NCBI RefSeq assembly: GCF_006345805.1
Contig: NC_043011.1
Span: 5,952,001 to 6,016,000 of the forward strand
Origin: Octopus sinensis
Lineage: Eukaryota
Length of the DNA: 64,000 bases
Direction of reading: 5' to 3'
Shown here: positions 63,848 through 64,000 of the stretch, in pieces
Numbering within the stretch: the stretch's first letter is position 1
Layout of the letters: the number at the start of each line of letters is the position of its first letter
Notes under the pieces: generated by a model
The model's database searches: none
Told to the model about the DNA's origin: nothing
Seen by the model: only the letters and a program-made list of their open reading frames with translations
Program-made: the position numbers and the translations under genes

Positions 63848-64000
63848 AATACAAATAAGAAAATGGAGAAACAAATTCAGTTTGTTCATCAACTTAGGGA
63901 TCTCATTTGCAAAATGTAAAATGATGAAATAATCTAACATTTTAATATCCATAAGTTGATGAAAAAACTGAATTTGTTTCTCCCTTTTCTTATTTGTATT
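63848..64000. repeat. Foldback palindrome running off the window end
   Basis: 63848-63901 is the reverse complement of 63947-64000 with 3 mismatches. Confidence 0.9.

Overview
AT-rich, repeat-saturated animal genomic DNA. The SINE repertoire and the very high (TA)/(CA)/(GATA) microsatellite load suggest a coleoid cephalopod, probably Octopus (inference). I could not identify any host protein-coding exon with confidence, so the window looks intronic or intergenic. Almost all long ORFs in the track are microsatellite or SINE artefacts. Real coding remnants all come from transposons: two young 5'-truncated CR1-like LINEs in tandem (38060-40165), older CR1/L2/RTE fragments, two Penelope-like (PLE) fragments, a full-length but inactivated IR/DR-type Tc1 element (61570-63176), a DD37D (maT) mariner derivative and several MITEs. 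There are dozens of tRNA-derived SINE copies from CORE-, Meta- and V-domain-like families. The most striking signal is about ten hammerhead-ribozyme-like motifs of the minimal type-I, PLE-associated kind, sitting in short islands between microsatellites. Several lie in the arms or at the axis of long foldback palindromes (17100-17275, 60401-60842, 61390-61491), and two loci carry the compensatory U3-A8 core variant. A 100-N gap at 49481-49580 is flanked by a probable false assembly duplication. All structures were read by eye; no folding or database search was run.
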